A stretch of 61,201 nt of DNA, counting the filler, from Perkinsus olseni (taxonomy: Eukaryota), in the NCBI GenBank assembly GCA_013115125.1. It is 4 parts of 4 records of this genome, joined end to end, with 100 filler letters (N's around TTAATTAATTAA, not from the genome) between each part and the next. Parts side by side here need not be neighbours in the genome. Positions count along the whole stretch, not along the records: positions 1 to 15,384 come from JABANN010000702.1; positions 15,485 to 30,706 come from JABANN010000703.1; 2 more parts are not named here. One strand, written 5' to 3'. The translations under genes and the position numbers were made by a program. Numbering within the stretch: the first letter of the stretch is position 1; each line of letters begins with the position of its first letter. The notes beneath the pieces were generated by a model, which worked only from the letters and a program-made list of their open reading frames with translations, ran no database searches and was not told where the DNA came from. Below, one piece after another: positions 12,820-25,800 of the stretch.

Positions 12820-13248
12820 GGTCTCGTCTCGACGTAGAGCTTGCGTTGTTCATTCTCGATCATTGTGTCTCGGACAGTCTGGCGGCGATCTCGATCTCGC
12901 TCTCGTTTATCGAGTCGGTGTGCTATCCATGCAATTTAGCTTGCATTTCGTTGAGAATTACTCGCCAGCGAAGTCCAAAAAGATCGTTCTATATCAAAAA
13001 GACAGTTCACAGACGAAACTTCCGGGTTTGCGCCTGTTCATGAGTTCCAGCGACGAAACTCCATCCCGAATGTTACAGTAACTCGATATCCATGACTGAC
13101 ATTTCGCATTCAACCCACAGTATGCGGGCGAGATTTTCCGAGAACTCTGCCAAATCTCGTCTCGTTCTCGAGTCCTCAGAAATTTTCTCGATCTCGTCTC
13201 GGAACTCTTCGAGATCGAGACGAGAACGTTCGAGTTCTCGGGTCTTGA
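12820..13248. mobile_element. Non-autonomous DNA-transposon-like insert rich in TCTCG/CGAGA motifs (hAT-like subterminal repeats)
   Basis: Dense TCTCGTCTCG, TCTCGATCTCG and CGAGATCGAGACGAGA motifs. It abuts and truncates the gag remnant. No TSD was identified. Confidence 0.45.
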
Positions 13249-13259
13249 TTCCGGTCGTC

Positions 13260-14523
13260 TGAGCCAGGGATTAGCTTTCCGCCCCCGCGGGGTGATGAGG
13301 AACAATTCTTGCTAACATGCCCGCGTCCGTTACAATTATAACAAGTCGTTATTAACAACAGACGTTTTTGCCGATAAACCTCTGAACTGGGGAGCTGACC
13401 TTAGAAGAATGGCCCTTCCCCTTGCCTTTGCCACGGCCTTTGCCTTTCCCAGACGGGAAATGGCTAGCAGCCCCGGCCAGCGTAACCGTCTCGCCAGCCG
13501 TCTCGGCTCTGACCGATTTCGTAAGATGAAGAGCCGTTGCTACCAGAGGGGAACCATCCTTGACCTGGGCTCTCCAAGTCGATCTGATAGTGCCGATACC
13601 AGCGACGTTTGTCGGGATAGCGGCCCAAAAGCACATACACGATACCCAATTCAAGGACTTCCTAGATGTCCTGGCCACCTCGGGCAGAGTGTAGGTCACG
13701 TACTTTTGGATGTCACCCATCGATACTGGTACCACTGCTCCTTCGGAACATTAAGGAGGCGAAGATGGGCTCCATCCGGCTGAGGAACTCGAAGACCTCT
13801 AGACTGCCGCTCTGAGTACCGGTTCCGTGGAACTTCTCACCCAAGTCGAAGGACTTGGCTGTCTTCCGCGGCTGATCGAGCTGCTCTGCAGGCTTGGGGA
13901 CATTAGGACTCGGAGCCGGAGTAGGGCCAGTTTTGGTCTTATCGGGGTTGTCCGGGTCGCCCTTGAACTCGTCGGACGACGTGCTAGACTTCTTACGGCC
14001 ATCGGCTCCCGCATCCTCGTCCTCGGGATGGTTCTCCACGACGTCGCCAGAGGTGACGCCTTCAGCACCTGCCACGGCTACGATCGCGTCGTAGTCCTCA
14101 TAGTCACAGTCGATTTCATCGGACATTAAAACGGATGCCCCACGAGGAACTGTAATCATGTTCGGTATGCGTCTGGGCACCATGTGATACCTCCCCGACT
14201 GAACGCAACCGAAGACAGAGATTAGCAATATGGTATGACTAATAATCGCTAGCGATTAACAACTTCGATCGATTTGGGGCGAGCGAGAACTGTTGTGTCA
14301 CGCGTCGCATTGCACGCGCACGCGCACACCAGCACACCGACTAGTGGTCATAACTACGGGGCATACGGTCGTGACTCGAGATTGAAAATTAACTGGTCTG
14401 TACCCTGTAAAGTCCATCGCGTGCCAGGCTGGCATAACACGATTTGTCATCCTGGTGGCCGCCACCAGGTGGCGCGACGTGAGCTGCTTTACCTTACCTG
14501 TGCGGGCCATCCCCGACTTCACA
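13260..14523 (-). mobile_element. Truncated LTR retrotransposon: putative LTR (14183-14523), PBS and frameshifted gag with a CCHC zinc knuckle
   Basis: TGTGA...TCACA-bounded 341-bp segment is immediately followed on the minus strand by TGGTGCCCAGACG (PBS-like). ATG at 14159; broken ORFs end in CYNCNGRGHVSKNC (CX2CX4HX4C). Confidence 0.65.
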
Positions 14524-15384
14524 AATCATTTTGCATTATGCTAAAACTGCACCCGACTGCACAGAGGGACGTCGCCAACTTGTACCCATCCTCAACTTAG
14601 TGTCGTCGGTCACCTCACTTCGCTATCGACGAATGCCACCTCGGCTGTCTAATTCCCACTCCGCTCAATGAAAGCAGTATCTGTGTTTAACGTTTGAACT
14701 GGGGAGGGATCTAGGCGCTCCTCGGCGCTGCATCGAGTTTGTCTTATGTACAAAAGAATGAACCTGTAGTTTACAAGTTGACTGTCATTACTCGCGGTTG
14801 GGTTGAACCCGGAACGCGAAAGCCGTGCTCCTATCCTAGCCAGCCCTGAAAGACGCACTGTTGCAGCTCAACGATATTGTGTTTATTCTGTACAGTTGTC
14901 TTGTGTAACCAGGGTGGTTGAAAATGGGGAATTATTCCCCATTCTGACTCCCCATTTTCTGACTGAGTGACTCAGTCCAGTGTTTGGGTGCATGCGTGCT
15001 CGCACGCCCAGCACTCCGGGGCACTAGCAGATGGGCCAGCGTGGCTCCTCTGCATGTCGTCCTGAACAGAGGCACGTGACACATGCCCTGTTCAGGTATG
15101 CCATAACCGTCCCTTTCTCCCAGTCCCCGCAGTCAGAGCCTCTGACTCAGAGGTAGTCTCCTCGGGCGAACGAGGATTACCCCCCGCCGTCTCTGCGGGA
15201 AGAGACGCGCGCCACATTCCATAGCTCGACCTCTCTTCTCGTTCCCGGTCTCCTACCCTTAATGCCCTCACCCCTTCGAAGGCTGTTCTCCGTAGCTATT
15301 CACCTGTCCCTGAGCCAATTAAAGTGCCCACTTTTCCAAGTCCAAGTGGAGGGAAAGTATTCCTTTCCAAACTTGGAGAAAAAA

Positions 15385-15484
15385 NNNNNNNNNNNNNNNN
15401 NNNNNNNNNNNNNNNNNNNNNNNNNNNNTTAATTAATTAANNNNNNNNNNNNNNNNNNNNNNNNNNNNNNNNNNNNNNNNNNNN
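15385..15484. other. Assembly gap spacer
   Basis: N44-TTAATTAATTAA-N44. Confidence 0.99.
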
Positions 15485-16222
15485 CTCAAACACGTAGTAT
15501 GTGCTGAATTAGACTGATTTTTGTGATTTGCATATCGAATTGGAACACCCTGTAGTCGTTTTTCGCACGAGCATTGTAGTGGTTTTTTGTCTCACCGTGT
15601 CACCGGTTAGCTCTTGAAGCGTACTGTGTCCACAGGCCGGGTGAACTCGCGTTTCGGGATGGCTTATATCCCGTCAGGTTATCGTATCCTTTGCGGGCGT
15701 TAAATTACAGACGAAAGTGATCGCAGACAACACCAGGCCTGTGTGGAACGAGTGTCTGCGAGTGCCGGTCATGTGCCCCACCTGGGACCAGAATGTAGTA
15801 GCTTCCTCTGCTTGCCTTCTGCGTGCACGTGAAGCTGGTCGATCTTGGAAAGTTAGCTATTCTCGTACAGTACGCGCCATCTAGAAACGCGCAAACTGGG
15901 CGGGCACTTTTTTTCTTCGTCTTGACGAGTTTGAACCTAATTCCTTTTCCATTGAATTCGCCATACTCGGTTACCCATGAATCCAAGTCGCGCCCTTTAA
16001 ACTCGACGAAAAATATTTTGGTCAAGTATTTGTAGTTGCCTCTTTTCGTATATCCCCTCTTCCCGGCTTATCATGTTTGTCAGTCGCGGACTAGTGTGAA
16101 ACAGCGAGCGTTATAGCCTTCCTGTGATGCTCCGTAGTCGAGCTGAGATGTTGGAGAGGTTGGTTCGTGGAGCTGTTCGGATAGAGAGCGTGATGCCAGT
16201 GGCGATATCAGTACTCAATAAC

Positions 16223-19200
16223 ATGAATGCCGTATTAGTTCATAGCGAATTGGTGATTGGCAGCTCGCTCTGTTCTTGAGACCGCTGTAGCCGCATCAAA
16301 ATGGGAGAGCCTTCTCACGCCATATTCTCTCACCATGGGACTTGTCAGCGCCTTTTCACTGACATCGTGGAACTACATTCAGTTAATCTTCAATTGGCAA
16401 CATCAGTCATGTCGTGGTTACACCGGAAGCTCACCTCGCGTGGCAGGTTCTCATAGAGATCATGTCGCAAGGGGACAGGAACGACATGATAGCGGCGGCT
16501 GACTTCGACTTCCAAGCGATTTACGAGAAGGGAATGAACCCTCGATGGGTGAATCTGTAAGTGCTTCGCTCCGCTAGCATTATTGGTATCTTTTTTAGTT
16601 AGGTATTATTCTATTGAAGATGACGAAGCGGTCCCTCCTCAAGTGAATGATGAGCCTTTGGACTCTGAGTGAGACTGGTGCTTCCCACTGCTTCGATACA
16701 TTCTTTCGTGGACAAGCAAGACGTCGAGGAATGCCGGCTGGACATGTCTTGAGCAAAATCACGCTGTGAAAGTTTCCGGTAATTTGCGGAAAACTTTTGA
16801 TCCTCAAGAGCGACCGAACCTCTTCCGTTACAGCGTATCGGGGGAATGCTAGAGGAGGGCGGACTATGTTTTCATGCGACAGGACGACAGGAGAACATCC
16901 CTCGTCTCAGCGTTGTTACCGTCTGATTCGTTGGTATATGCTACCGTATGTTAGCGAGTGAAACAAGTGTCTAACACGCCTTCGCCGTACCTGAACAGTA
17001 CAGGTACGGCGGTCGTATTCTCGTATCAGCGTCGGTGGAACGGTCGGAGGACCCTCAGTCTTCCGTAGTGACCTGCGATGCTCCCCGTGAACCAGAGACG
17101 AAGGAGCATGTCGTGTGGATTGACGTGTGAGCTGCTCACCCTTCTGTTATTCGCGATTTTGCACTAGGTACGAGGCGGCCTTCACCCCAGAGTTCTACGA
17201 CGAGGTCCAGGCTCAGGAGGTGTTTGTGGAATTTACTTTCGGAACGCACGCGTAGGTGCTGAGTTGGGAGGAAGGGAGGAGCTCGGATTGTGCAGGATCC
17301 GGACGCCTGCGCGGGAACTGGATGGGCTGTCGGCCATCTTTGAGGAGGAGGGACGATTGAGGCCATTCCAAGTGTAGGAATGCCATCAGTGTGCGGAGTA
17401 TCTTCGAAACCTTCGGAGTGCAGTGTGGTGAAAATGGCTCTCATCTGTCGTGCTATTCACTAGGGGCAGCGTTTATACTCGCCGAGGGTTTTGGGCTCGA
17501 GAGCGAACGGCCGTCGTTGCTGCATTTCTAACGGTGTCTCCTTGCCTCAGCTTCCTGCCAGAGTTCCGCCAGTCATTCGACCTCAAAATAGAACTTCTCG
17601 GCAAGGAGATCGAAGCTGACGACGATGAATGGGATGCAGTGGCCTTTACACGCCTCTCTCTGCCGGACATCAAGACTTGGAACGACAGCGTCGTCTGGAG
17701 GAAACTGTATCGCCAGCCGTGCATCGATGTGGGCACTTCTCGCTGGCAAGGTATATGCTGTCCGTGCCTGAGGACATGGACCAAGTGGCGGCTCATATTC
17801 TCTGCGGAGTGAATGCTGGATGCAAACCCTTCCCGCAAAGGCCTTTGAGGATGGCGTAAGAATAATGTTGTCGTCATTTTCGCGGTGTTTGAAAAGGCCA
17901 GCAGTTTTAGACTCAGTGTTCGTGTCAGATTGGTCGAGGCTCCTGGTTTCTGAATCAGGTATAATGTCCGGGAGTATGTCGTTCGAGGATTCTTCTATCA
18001 AGCGGTGAATCTTCCCATATCCGACCCGGGCGGACTTTCGGATCCTTTCGTCAAGATGAGCATCGGAGGGGTCAGTGGACGTAATACGGCAGTTATCAGT
18101 GTATTCTGTCGCTGCTTCTGAAATGCTGCTTTCCCTGGACCGATCGTTGCAGAGATGCTACACCTGTCGGCTGCCAGCTTCCTGAAACTTCCATGCTGAG
18201 TGACTCAACTCAGGAACTGATCATATCCCCACCACCTTGAACCCCCAGTGGCGAGAGATCCTCGAGTTCCCTGTCATCCTACCAGCAGATCCGAAACTGC
18301 AGCCTGATCTATACGTTGAAGTCTGTGACGCTGATGACTCAGTGTGAGGGCGGGTCGTCCAGGCCGCTGCGACGAGGAGGCTGCCAGGTACGAGGTTATG
18401 TGCTTGATGAGTTGTCCGGCATCCGAGGTCCCTGAGGAGTGGAATCGCCCGCCCAAGTGGTTCGCTCTGGAGCCTAGCAGCCGGCATCCTCACGCTCAAG
18501 CTCAGATTCTGGCAGCCTTTGAGTTGCTTCCGTACTTTAGCGTCGAATTTCGCGGCCTTATGAAGGGACTGTTGTTCTTCAGCGTAGAAGACGCTGCTAA
18601 GCACGCGCCATTTTGTGAGGAGATCCAGCCGAGGGTGAACAGATGCGAAGTGGAAGTGCTGACGGTTGGTGTGAGGTTGATTAAGGACGAGCTGACGGAT
18701 ATCAACCCCAGGCTGCAGGTGTGACGCTTCTGATGCAAGGGTGAGGTCATGGTCCACCCAGTTGTGGTGGAATCGCGATGATGATAACGCCGAACTGCCG
18801 GTGGAGGAAATAGTGTCTGAGGAGGCCGAGAGTGGCAGTGGAGGGCAGTGAGACCAGACAAACAATTTCCCTGGGATACCTTGGAGGGTCTAGTCGCTAG
18901 ACCCTCCAACTAGACCCGAACTAGACTCTAGTGAGGAGATAATCCTCAGCAGACTTTCACAGGGTTATGGATGACCGCCAGCGTCGGAGAAACAGCGTAT
19001 GATTATACTATAGAATGCCATTCGCTTGGTCATCTTTCAATCAGAAATTTCGCGCTCCGACTGCTCCGACTGCTCCGACTGCTCCGCTTCGCTCATACTC
19101 GCGGATGTTTTGATTTCTCCCTCTTAGAGTGCGTTACTTCTCCGCCCTAGAAACTTCATTCTTGGCGGCTAGCGGTTCTCTTGCCTTGACTCAAGCTAAG

Positions 19201-22200
19201 GAGTTCTCGAGACATTTGAGAGCCCTCTCCCGCCGCGGGAGTCCCGCGGAACTCAGGTTGTCATCTGTGGTCATCTAGGTACAACATGCTCGAGGTCCAG
19301 CCGATGATTTTGGACTTGCCTCAGTCAGCACTGTATCAGGAGTTCCTCGAAGTTAGATTACTGGAGAGGGTGGAGGGGGGCTGGCTGAGAACTGAGGAGA
19401 AGGACGAAGTGATTGGATTCGGGTAAGCATAAGTCTAACCGCCTCAGCTCGGCCCCCTCATTTCGAAGCTGGAGGAGTGATTCCAGCTTATACCTGGAGC
19501 ACCGCTACGGCCAGAATGGTCCGTCTTGCGGTGCAGGTCCCCTGAGCGGCTCATAAGTGTTTTCAGAGGCTCGGACCTCAAAAACTCTCGCGGACCTCCG
19601 CGCCGCGACCAAAATTTGTGATGTACTTGCCTACGTCAGTAGACGGAGGGATTCGTTTCATGGTTAGAGGCCAATACACGTTTACTACCACCTCATTTTC
19701 TCCATGGCCAACACTTCGCCCGAAGACGCATCTCTATGTAAAGTATGGATCGTCAGCATGCCGGTTGTTACCAAATCGTCGGAGAAGCTCAGTGCTCTGG
19801 GGTAGCGCTCCTGTGAATTGAGAATTTCCCGGACGAGCCGGACTATCGAATATCCGTGGTGTACAACAGAAGCTTTCTGTTGAAACTCGCTTAAGCGAGT
19901 CGTTGAGGAACCTTGGGCGCGAACGTAAGTCTCGAATGTGTATGCAAAGGTCGATAGGCTTTCAAACAAAACACGGGTCGACTCGGAAGAGCCGGAAGCG
20001 AAAAGAGAAGATTCAGCCATGATTGGCTTTATTATAACTGACGGAATGCCAGTATCATAGGGGCTTCTGTGCTCTACGATTATGGCTGTCATTGTAGGAT
20101 ACCGAGTTTGCCGACCATGTCAGGGCCAGACGTGGGAGCATGGCAACTCATAGATCACGTGCGCTGTGAGGAGCGATATCTGGACGAGTTTATCGTGAGC
20201 CTCAGTCTCACGTAACGACCACCGTTGATGACGTTGCCTTTTGTATGTCTGGGGCATCTCACGCGGTCCCCAGGTCGGCGGAGAATGGGGGTCATCAGAT
20301 GATGACCGTGCTCTATCGCGGGCTACATTTCAAATCCCATGCAAAGCAATCCTGATGATGAAAGTGCTCGGTGTTCAACTGTTGCGTTGGAAATTTCGAC
20401 CTTCGAGGATGGTCTTCATTCGGCCATACCGAGTTTATGCCTATGCAAATTGCCGTGCCGCGAGTCCTGGCACCGAGTTTCTCCTTTATCGCGATGGTCA
20501 TATGTTATTGACCTTCACTCCCAGGTACATCCACTTGAATCCATTGTATCCTTGGTTGACTGATGAGGAAAAGGAGAAGTGGGTGGAGTATATTCGTCAT
20601 GTATAGATTCCTTGCTTCTTCGCAGATGCCGAGAGAGCTTCACATTAAAGACTCCCACTCAGCTGAGTCGTGAGGAAGCGTTGAGGGAGCAGGCTAAAAA
20701 CGAGAAAAAACTGATTCAGGAAAAGTGAGTCCTACAGCTGTCAATTATTCACCGATATTTCATCGGCTCTCAATGGCGCAGCGTCATTGACGCTACGGCT
20801 CGATGTTCGTTCATGGCCTCCTTGAAGAAGATGATGGAGCGAGTTAGCACAACGACCGCAGAAGAAGCCTTCCTCTGCGGTCGTTGCACTATCTTGCTCT
20901 ACCTCAATGTTGTGATAGAGCAACAGACGAGAATCTCGCTCGTCAGAAGTGGGTTCCGCTATGAGCCTCGTAGTGCGAGCTGGAACAGAATCAACGTATA
21001 GAACCGGGATTCAGCGAAGGCGAGCAACGATAGCGCACCGAAAGGGAGACTGTGGACTGTGGCACAGTCACTCTGCAGAAGTGGGCGTAGCCCCAGCAGA
21101 TTCTGCGTTCTCTGTAGGAGGTTGGAACAGGAAGCAGCTCGAGCGAAGACTCACGGCAACACTCCTGGCAGTCGAGATCTACTTCGCAAAATAGAACTGG
21201 AAATCGAACGGCGGTGATCGCTCTACCTCCGCAAGGTTCTCCACTATTGTCCGCAGGTTCGGGCTGAGAAAGGGGGAGTTCGGTCTTACGGATGTACTTC
21301 GGAATATAACTACCGAGCGTATGCTCGCATTCAGTCAAGTCAGCGATCCGAAGAGTGGTGAGTCTCCCCGTCGGGGAGTCCCCGACCTTCTTTGTATTTG
21401 CTCACACTGATGCTAGGTGGCTTCGATTTCGGACTGGATACTGCGGAGGTCGACGAGAATTTCTACCAGTCATTTGTGTGGCCGATAAAGACAAGTGCAG
21501 GATTTGTATGCTCCGATGCGTCATCTTCCCTACTTATTCTCCCTTCGTCCCCCTGCTAGGCCCGGCGGGAGATAGACGGGCCTGTGGAGGAGGAGCTGTT
21601 GGAAGAAGAGCTGCCGTATGATACGATCGTCTTGTTCAGAGGCAACAAGTGGGGGAGCTTTGATACGCTGGGCTATCTCAAGTGAGCGTGCTTTTGAAGA
21701 TGTTGAAATGTAATATTTCGAAGATCAACGAGTGCAGGTACAAACTGAGGATAGGCCAACCGATGAACAAAAGGAGAAATCAGAAGAAGGGGAGGCGAGG
21801 CAGCGGAACTCAGCGTGGTGAAGAGACTGAGGGAGACGTTGGGCTTCAACGCGCCTACCTGTAAGGCAACACACTACCCTGGGAGTTTGGCAATGAGGAG
21901 CTCTGTTAATCTTACAGTCCGGTCAAAAAAAGTTGTCTAGGGCTGATCTAAATCATTTTAATTGTGAATATTTGAACGAGACCGGGCTTACTGAATCAGA
22001 CATTTGTAGATGATAATCTACTTTCGAATGATGTGAGTCTTGCAGAACAGCTCTCATTCCTCATCGAGAAAACTGGTTTTTGGAAAATTTTCTCCCGCCC
22101 AACGTAAATTTTCACAGAGATCCCACGCCATCTCCCACGGATTTCTCTTCAACTCGGGCGAATTTCCGGTCATCAAGGGCGCCAATCAATTCAGAATGTA

Positions 22201-24416
22201 TTTTGACCGGACTCTAAGTTATGTATTGTTTATGTTATCAGTTTGTCGACTGTTAGAAGTTACTTTTTCGCTGTGTCGTGCAGCCGATGAAGCTCCTCGG
22301 CGATGATTGTCTCCCAAGCGGGGCGAGTTTGAATTACTGTCTTGACGTTGTGGCTCTTCCCAGTCAGACTTCTTCGTGGAACTTCCATAAAGAAGTCTGG
22401 CCGGAAAGAACCACGAACGAACCTTCAAGGTTCTTTCATGAAGCGCGGTGTCTGTGGCTTCTTACAGCCCGAAATATTCTTCTTCGTTGAAGTCCGTCTG
22501 AATTTCAGTTCTCTTCTGAGTTTCTGACTCTGGAACTGTCCGTCTCGTCTACTTAACGACGTTTAGGCCCTTGCTGCGACAGGAGTATCTCGCCAGCCAT
22601 TCGTTAGTATGTAAAGTGTATGTGCTTAGCGCGAGTGGTATCATACCTCCAGGAGGAAGTACGGACTGCGAGAGCTACATTTGGGTGAGTACACTGCTGG
22701 CACGATAGAAGTGCAACTCCCAAATACTGACTGCCACGATCTATTGCGAGACGTGTCGCCATTGCCTCCATCTACCTCCGGTGTCGTCCGTTGGCTGGAG
22801 GAAACATTCTAGTGTGTGAGGATGCAGAATTTTTCGATCGAGTCAGAACTAGGGGCGATGACCAGGAGCCATGCCTATGGCCTATGTCGTGGTACCTTCA
22901 GATTTACAACTCGAAAGAAGAGGCAGCGGGCGGGTTGAACTCCATCAAAGACTCGAGCAATTCTCGTACCAGCACGCTGAATCCAGAGTTCAACAAATGC
23001 TACTCCTTACCCTGCCGATTCCCCGACAACACGGCTCTCACGATCAAGCTGATGGAGAAACACTCACTAACAGGCGACACGACCATTGGAGCCGCGGTGA
23101 TAGATATCGAGAATCGCTGGTTCCATCCGAGGTTAGAAGACAGTGTTGACGACTGAATGAAGTGGGGGTTGATTAGGTATAAGCAAATGATGAATCTAGA
23201 TTCGGAGGACGAAAACGCTATGAAGAGTGCTTCAGATGTCCCTGTCGAGACCGTAATAACGCAGCAGGCGATGGTCGAGGAGGGCTCACTCGCGTGAACC
23301 ACTCTACCAGGTACCACTTCTTGTTGATGGAAGTTTCATACCGACTGGCAGGCTCAAGATGTGGGTTGAGATCCTGGATGAATCTGAGGTCAGCGACGCT
23401 GAATCAGCGTCAGTTGGGCTATGAGGGGCTATCGATGCTATTGCAGGCGATGGGTCGGCCAGAGCCCGTGCTGCCCTCAGCGAATAAGGAGATCATTCAG
23501 GCTAGGTTAGTCGTGTGGAAGACCAAGGGAGTTCCACCACCAGAAGGTGAGCTAGACGAGTGTGAGAAGTTGCAACTCTTCGTTCTCAGACGAAGAAGCC
23601 TCTCACCAGATAGTGGGTGGGTTCCATAGGACTGATAGTAATGAGGTAATCGATCGTTTGACTGACACTCACTACGGTAGTCTGGACGGTACAGCTACGT
23701 TCAATTGGCGGATGATCTTTAATATGGAGGTAGTGATGTGTCTATTGATTCGATGCGGATGAATAGTATTCATTGAATACCAACAGGTGCCGTGTCATGA
23801 CCCTGTCATCAAACTGCAACTATATCACAACCCCCTGTTGGGCCAAAAAGTACCCTTAGGAGAGGCCACATTGGATCTCGTTCACGACACGCTGAGATGC
23901 AGGTGCTGTTTTTTAATCTCTAGTGACTAGAGTCTAGTCTGCTCTGCGCTAGAGTGAAGCTCAGGCGGATTCGGCGAGCGGTGGAGTTGCCACGGGGTCA
24001 AATTCCGCTGAGTAACCCAGCGTATCCGGGACAATGCCGAGGGTTCATTGACTGCCAGATGAAACTACTACCGATAGAAGAAGCGAACGCGATGCCCGTT
24101 GGTGAGAAAGGTCTTCGGGGATGCGGCAGGGAAGCTGTGTTCGTAGGGTCGGGAAGGGACATACCGAACAAAGACCCGTATCTGGATCCAGAAGACGCGC
24201 ATTTGCGAGAGCATCGCTCCGCCCTAGGAAATACGGCTTTTGGTCGACGGGCAAAGGAGCTGGGAGAAAGCCTGATGAAAGGTAAGTGTATCGTAGAGGG
24301 TGGTGGTGAGGGTGGCGTTAGGTGCCAAGGTCATGTTTTATGTGTGGATGCTCACTGCCACTGTAGGGGGGATTGTTTCCCTCATCATTGCATTAAAAAT
24401 GTCGGGTATAATATAA
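16223..24416 (+). CDS. Ferlin-family multi-C2-domain, tail-anchored membrane protein (many exons; start approximate)
   Basis: C2 motifs SDPFVKMSIGG (~18040), TTLNPQWREILEF (~18230), TSTLNPEFNKCY..IGAAVIDIENRWF (~22970-23125). Ferlin C2F motifs ARLVVWKTKGV, TDTHYGSLDGTATFNWRMIF and GRDIPNKDPYL. C-terminal TM VMFYVWMLTATVGGIVSLIIALKMSGII* ends at 24416. Confidence 0.85.
21915..22214. mobile_element. 300-bp Tc1/mariner-type MITE in a ferlin intron
   Basis: TA|CAGTCCGGTCAAAA ... TTTTGACCGGACTC|TA: 14-bp TIR (1 mismatch) with TA on both sides and an AT-rich non-coding interior. Confidence 0.75.
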
Positions 24417-24821
24417 TGGTGTCTCACAGCATCTAGAGGGAGTTGTCGTGTTGAGTCAATGGTCCATCGCATTTCGCCCATCAATTGATCCTTGCTTGCC
24501 AGATATGCGATGTAGTTTCAAAGTTCGTTAGTGGAAACAAGCCGGAACTATATTGGTTGAACCAACTAACCTACCAGCGAACTACATTCAACAAAGGCTC
24601 GCTTTGGAAGTAACTTTCTCTCAATCGTCGCTGCCAAACTCAGAAGTCATAATATCACGAACGCCATAACGACGATTCACACGATTATACAATGCTCTAT
24701 CGTGTCCTACGACAGTAGCACTCCCATTGACTAGTTGATAAATCTCCTCGTAGTGTCAATTGCGATCGCTGTTGAAGAGTTGGTTCGGGTCTTTCTTTTC
24801 GTCATCTTTGGTTCACTCGCT

Positions 24822-25800
24822 ATGGACAAATCCTCGCGGTTACCGAGATCGGAAGGCCCGTCGGAACGGGCTATTGCGAGTATTCGTTCAGGGTGCAGGT
24901 GGGCCGTCGCGTCGCGACTCGTGATAACCGCGAACGCGTGGTTCGCTGGACGTGTTACCGTTCACGATGAGTTTATTGTTCCGCAGGAGGTTCCTGTACC
25001 CGTCACCGTGGCCTTCTGTAGTAGTATCTGAAGATGGCCTGCGTGCCACTCGCCTGAAAGGGTCAGGAAAATCGTGTGAAAATAGGGCTATTGGGGCTGA
25101 GCCTCTGAAGCGCCATGACACTATTTTATCCCTGTTCTATTCTGTTGAAGTGGGTTCACTATCGCGGAAACTCGTTGGAGGCCTCAGAATGGGGTTGACT
25201 TCCACAACTGCAAAAGATATAGCTCGCCATCGTAGTGTGGCGCACACGCTCATGATAGACATCCCGGGGAGGGAAACCCGGAGTGCGCGGCGTTTACATG
25301 AAGGGAGCGTAGTAAGTAGTCTGCGAGAGACTCACTTTTGCATGATAACGCTAGCTTGGTAGCTGCTGTCGACAGGTCACGCTGGCGGTGGGATTGGATG
25401 GTAGAGTATCTGTGCTCATCGATGATTATCCCGTACACAGCCAAAGCTTGAGCCAGCCGTTTCTACGTGGCTCTGCCCCGATATTTCCAATTCTTGAGCT
25501 GTCGCGTCAAACAAGCGAGGTCCGAGTCCCTCGCCGCCGGCAAGTTGCCGGTCGGGCGATCCTTATCATCCCAAAAAGCATTTCGCATTTCTGCAATTAG
25601 GTGACTCTCGTGGCCGATACGGAACTATCTAATAGTATTGCTGTGTTCATGCTACAAGGTTCCCGTGAGCATATCTCTGATCCGAGTAATAATAACTCGA
25701 TGATTCTTCCGGACCTCATGGTGAGATTCTCAATCTTCCTGTATTGACTTGTCTTCTCTAGGGAGCCACATCACGACAGTGCGAGACGCTGCCGGTGGGC
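24822..25800 (+). CDS. Neuralized(NHR)/SPRY-like domain protein, multi-exon (ends approximate)
   Basis: PSPWPSVVVSEDGLRATR..AIGAEPL..LFYSVEVGS..GLRMGLTS and GLDGRVSVLIDD..IFPILELSRQTSEVR; paralogous to 28384-29667. Confidence 0.5.

Noticed and set aside
15385-15484. TTAATTAATTAA flanked by Ns (also 30707-30806 and 45973-46072)
   Set aside because: Artificial contig-join spacer with stops in all frames; not biological.
15705-16025. 106-aa minus-strand ORF beside the gap
   Set aside because: Possibly a transposon fragment, but it has no diagnostic motif that I can support.
19055-19087. GCTCCGACT tandem repeat (about 3.7 copies)
   Set aside because: Simple intronic minisatellite with no further structure.
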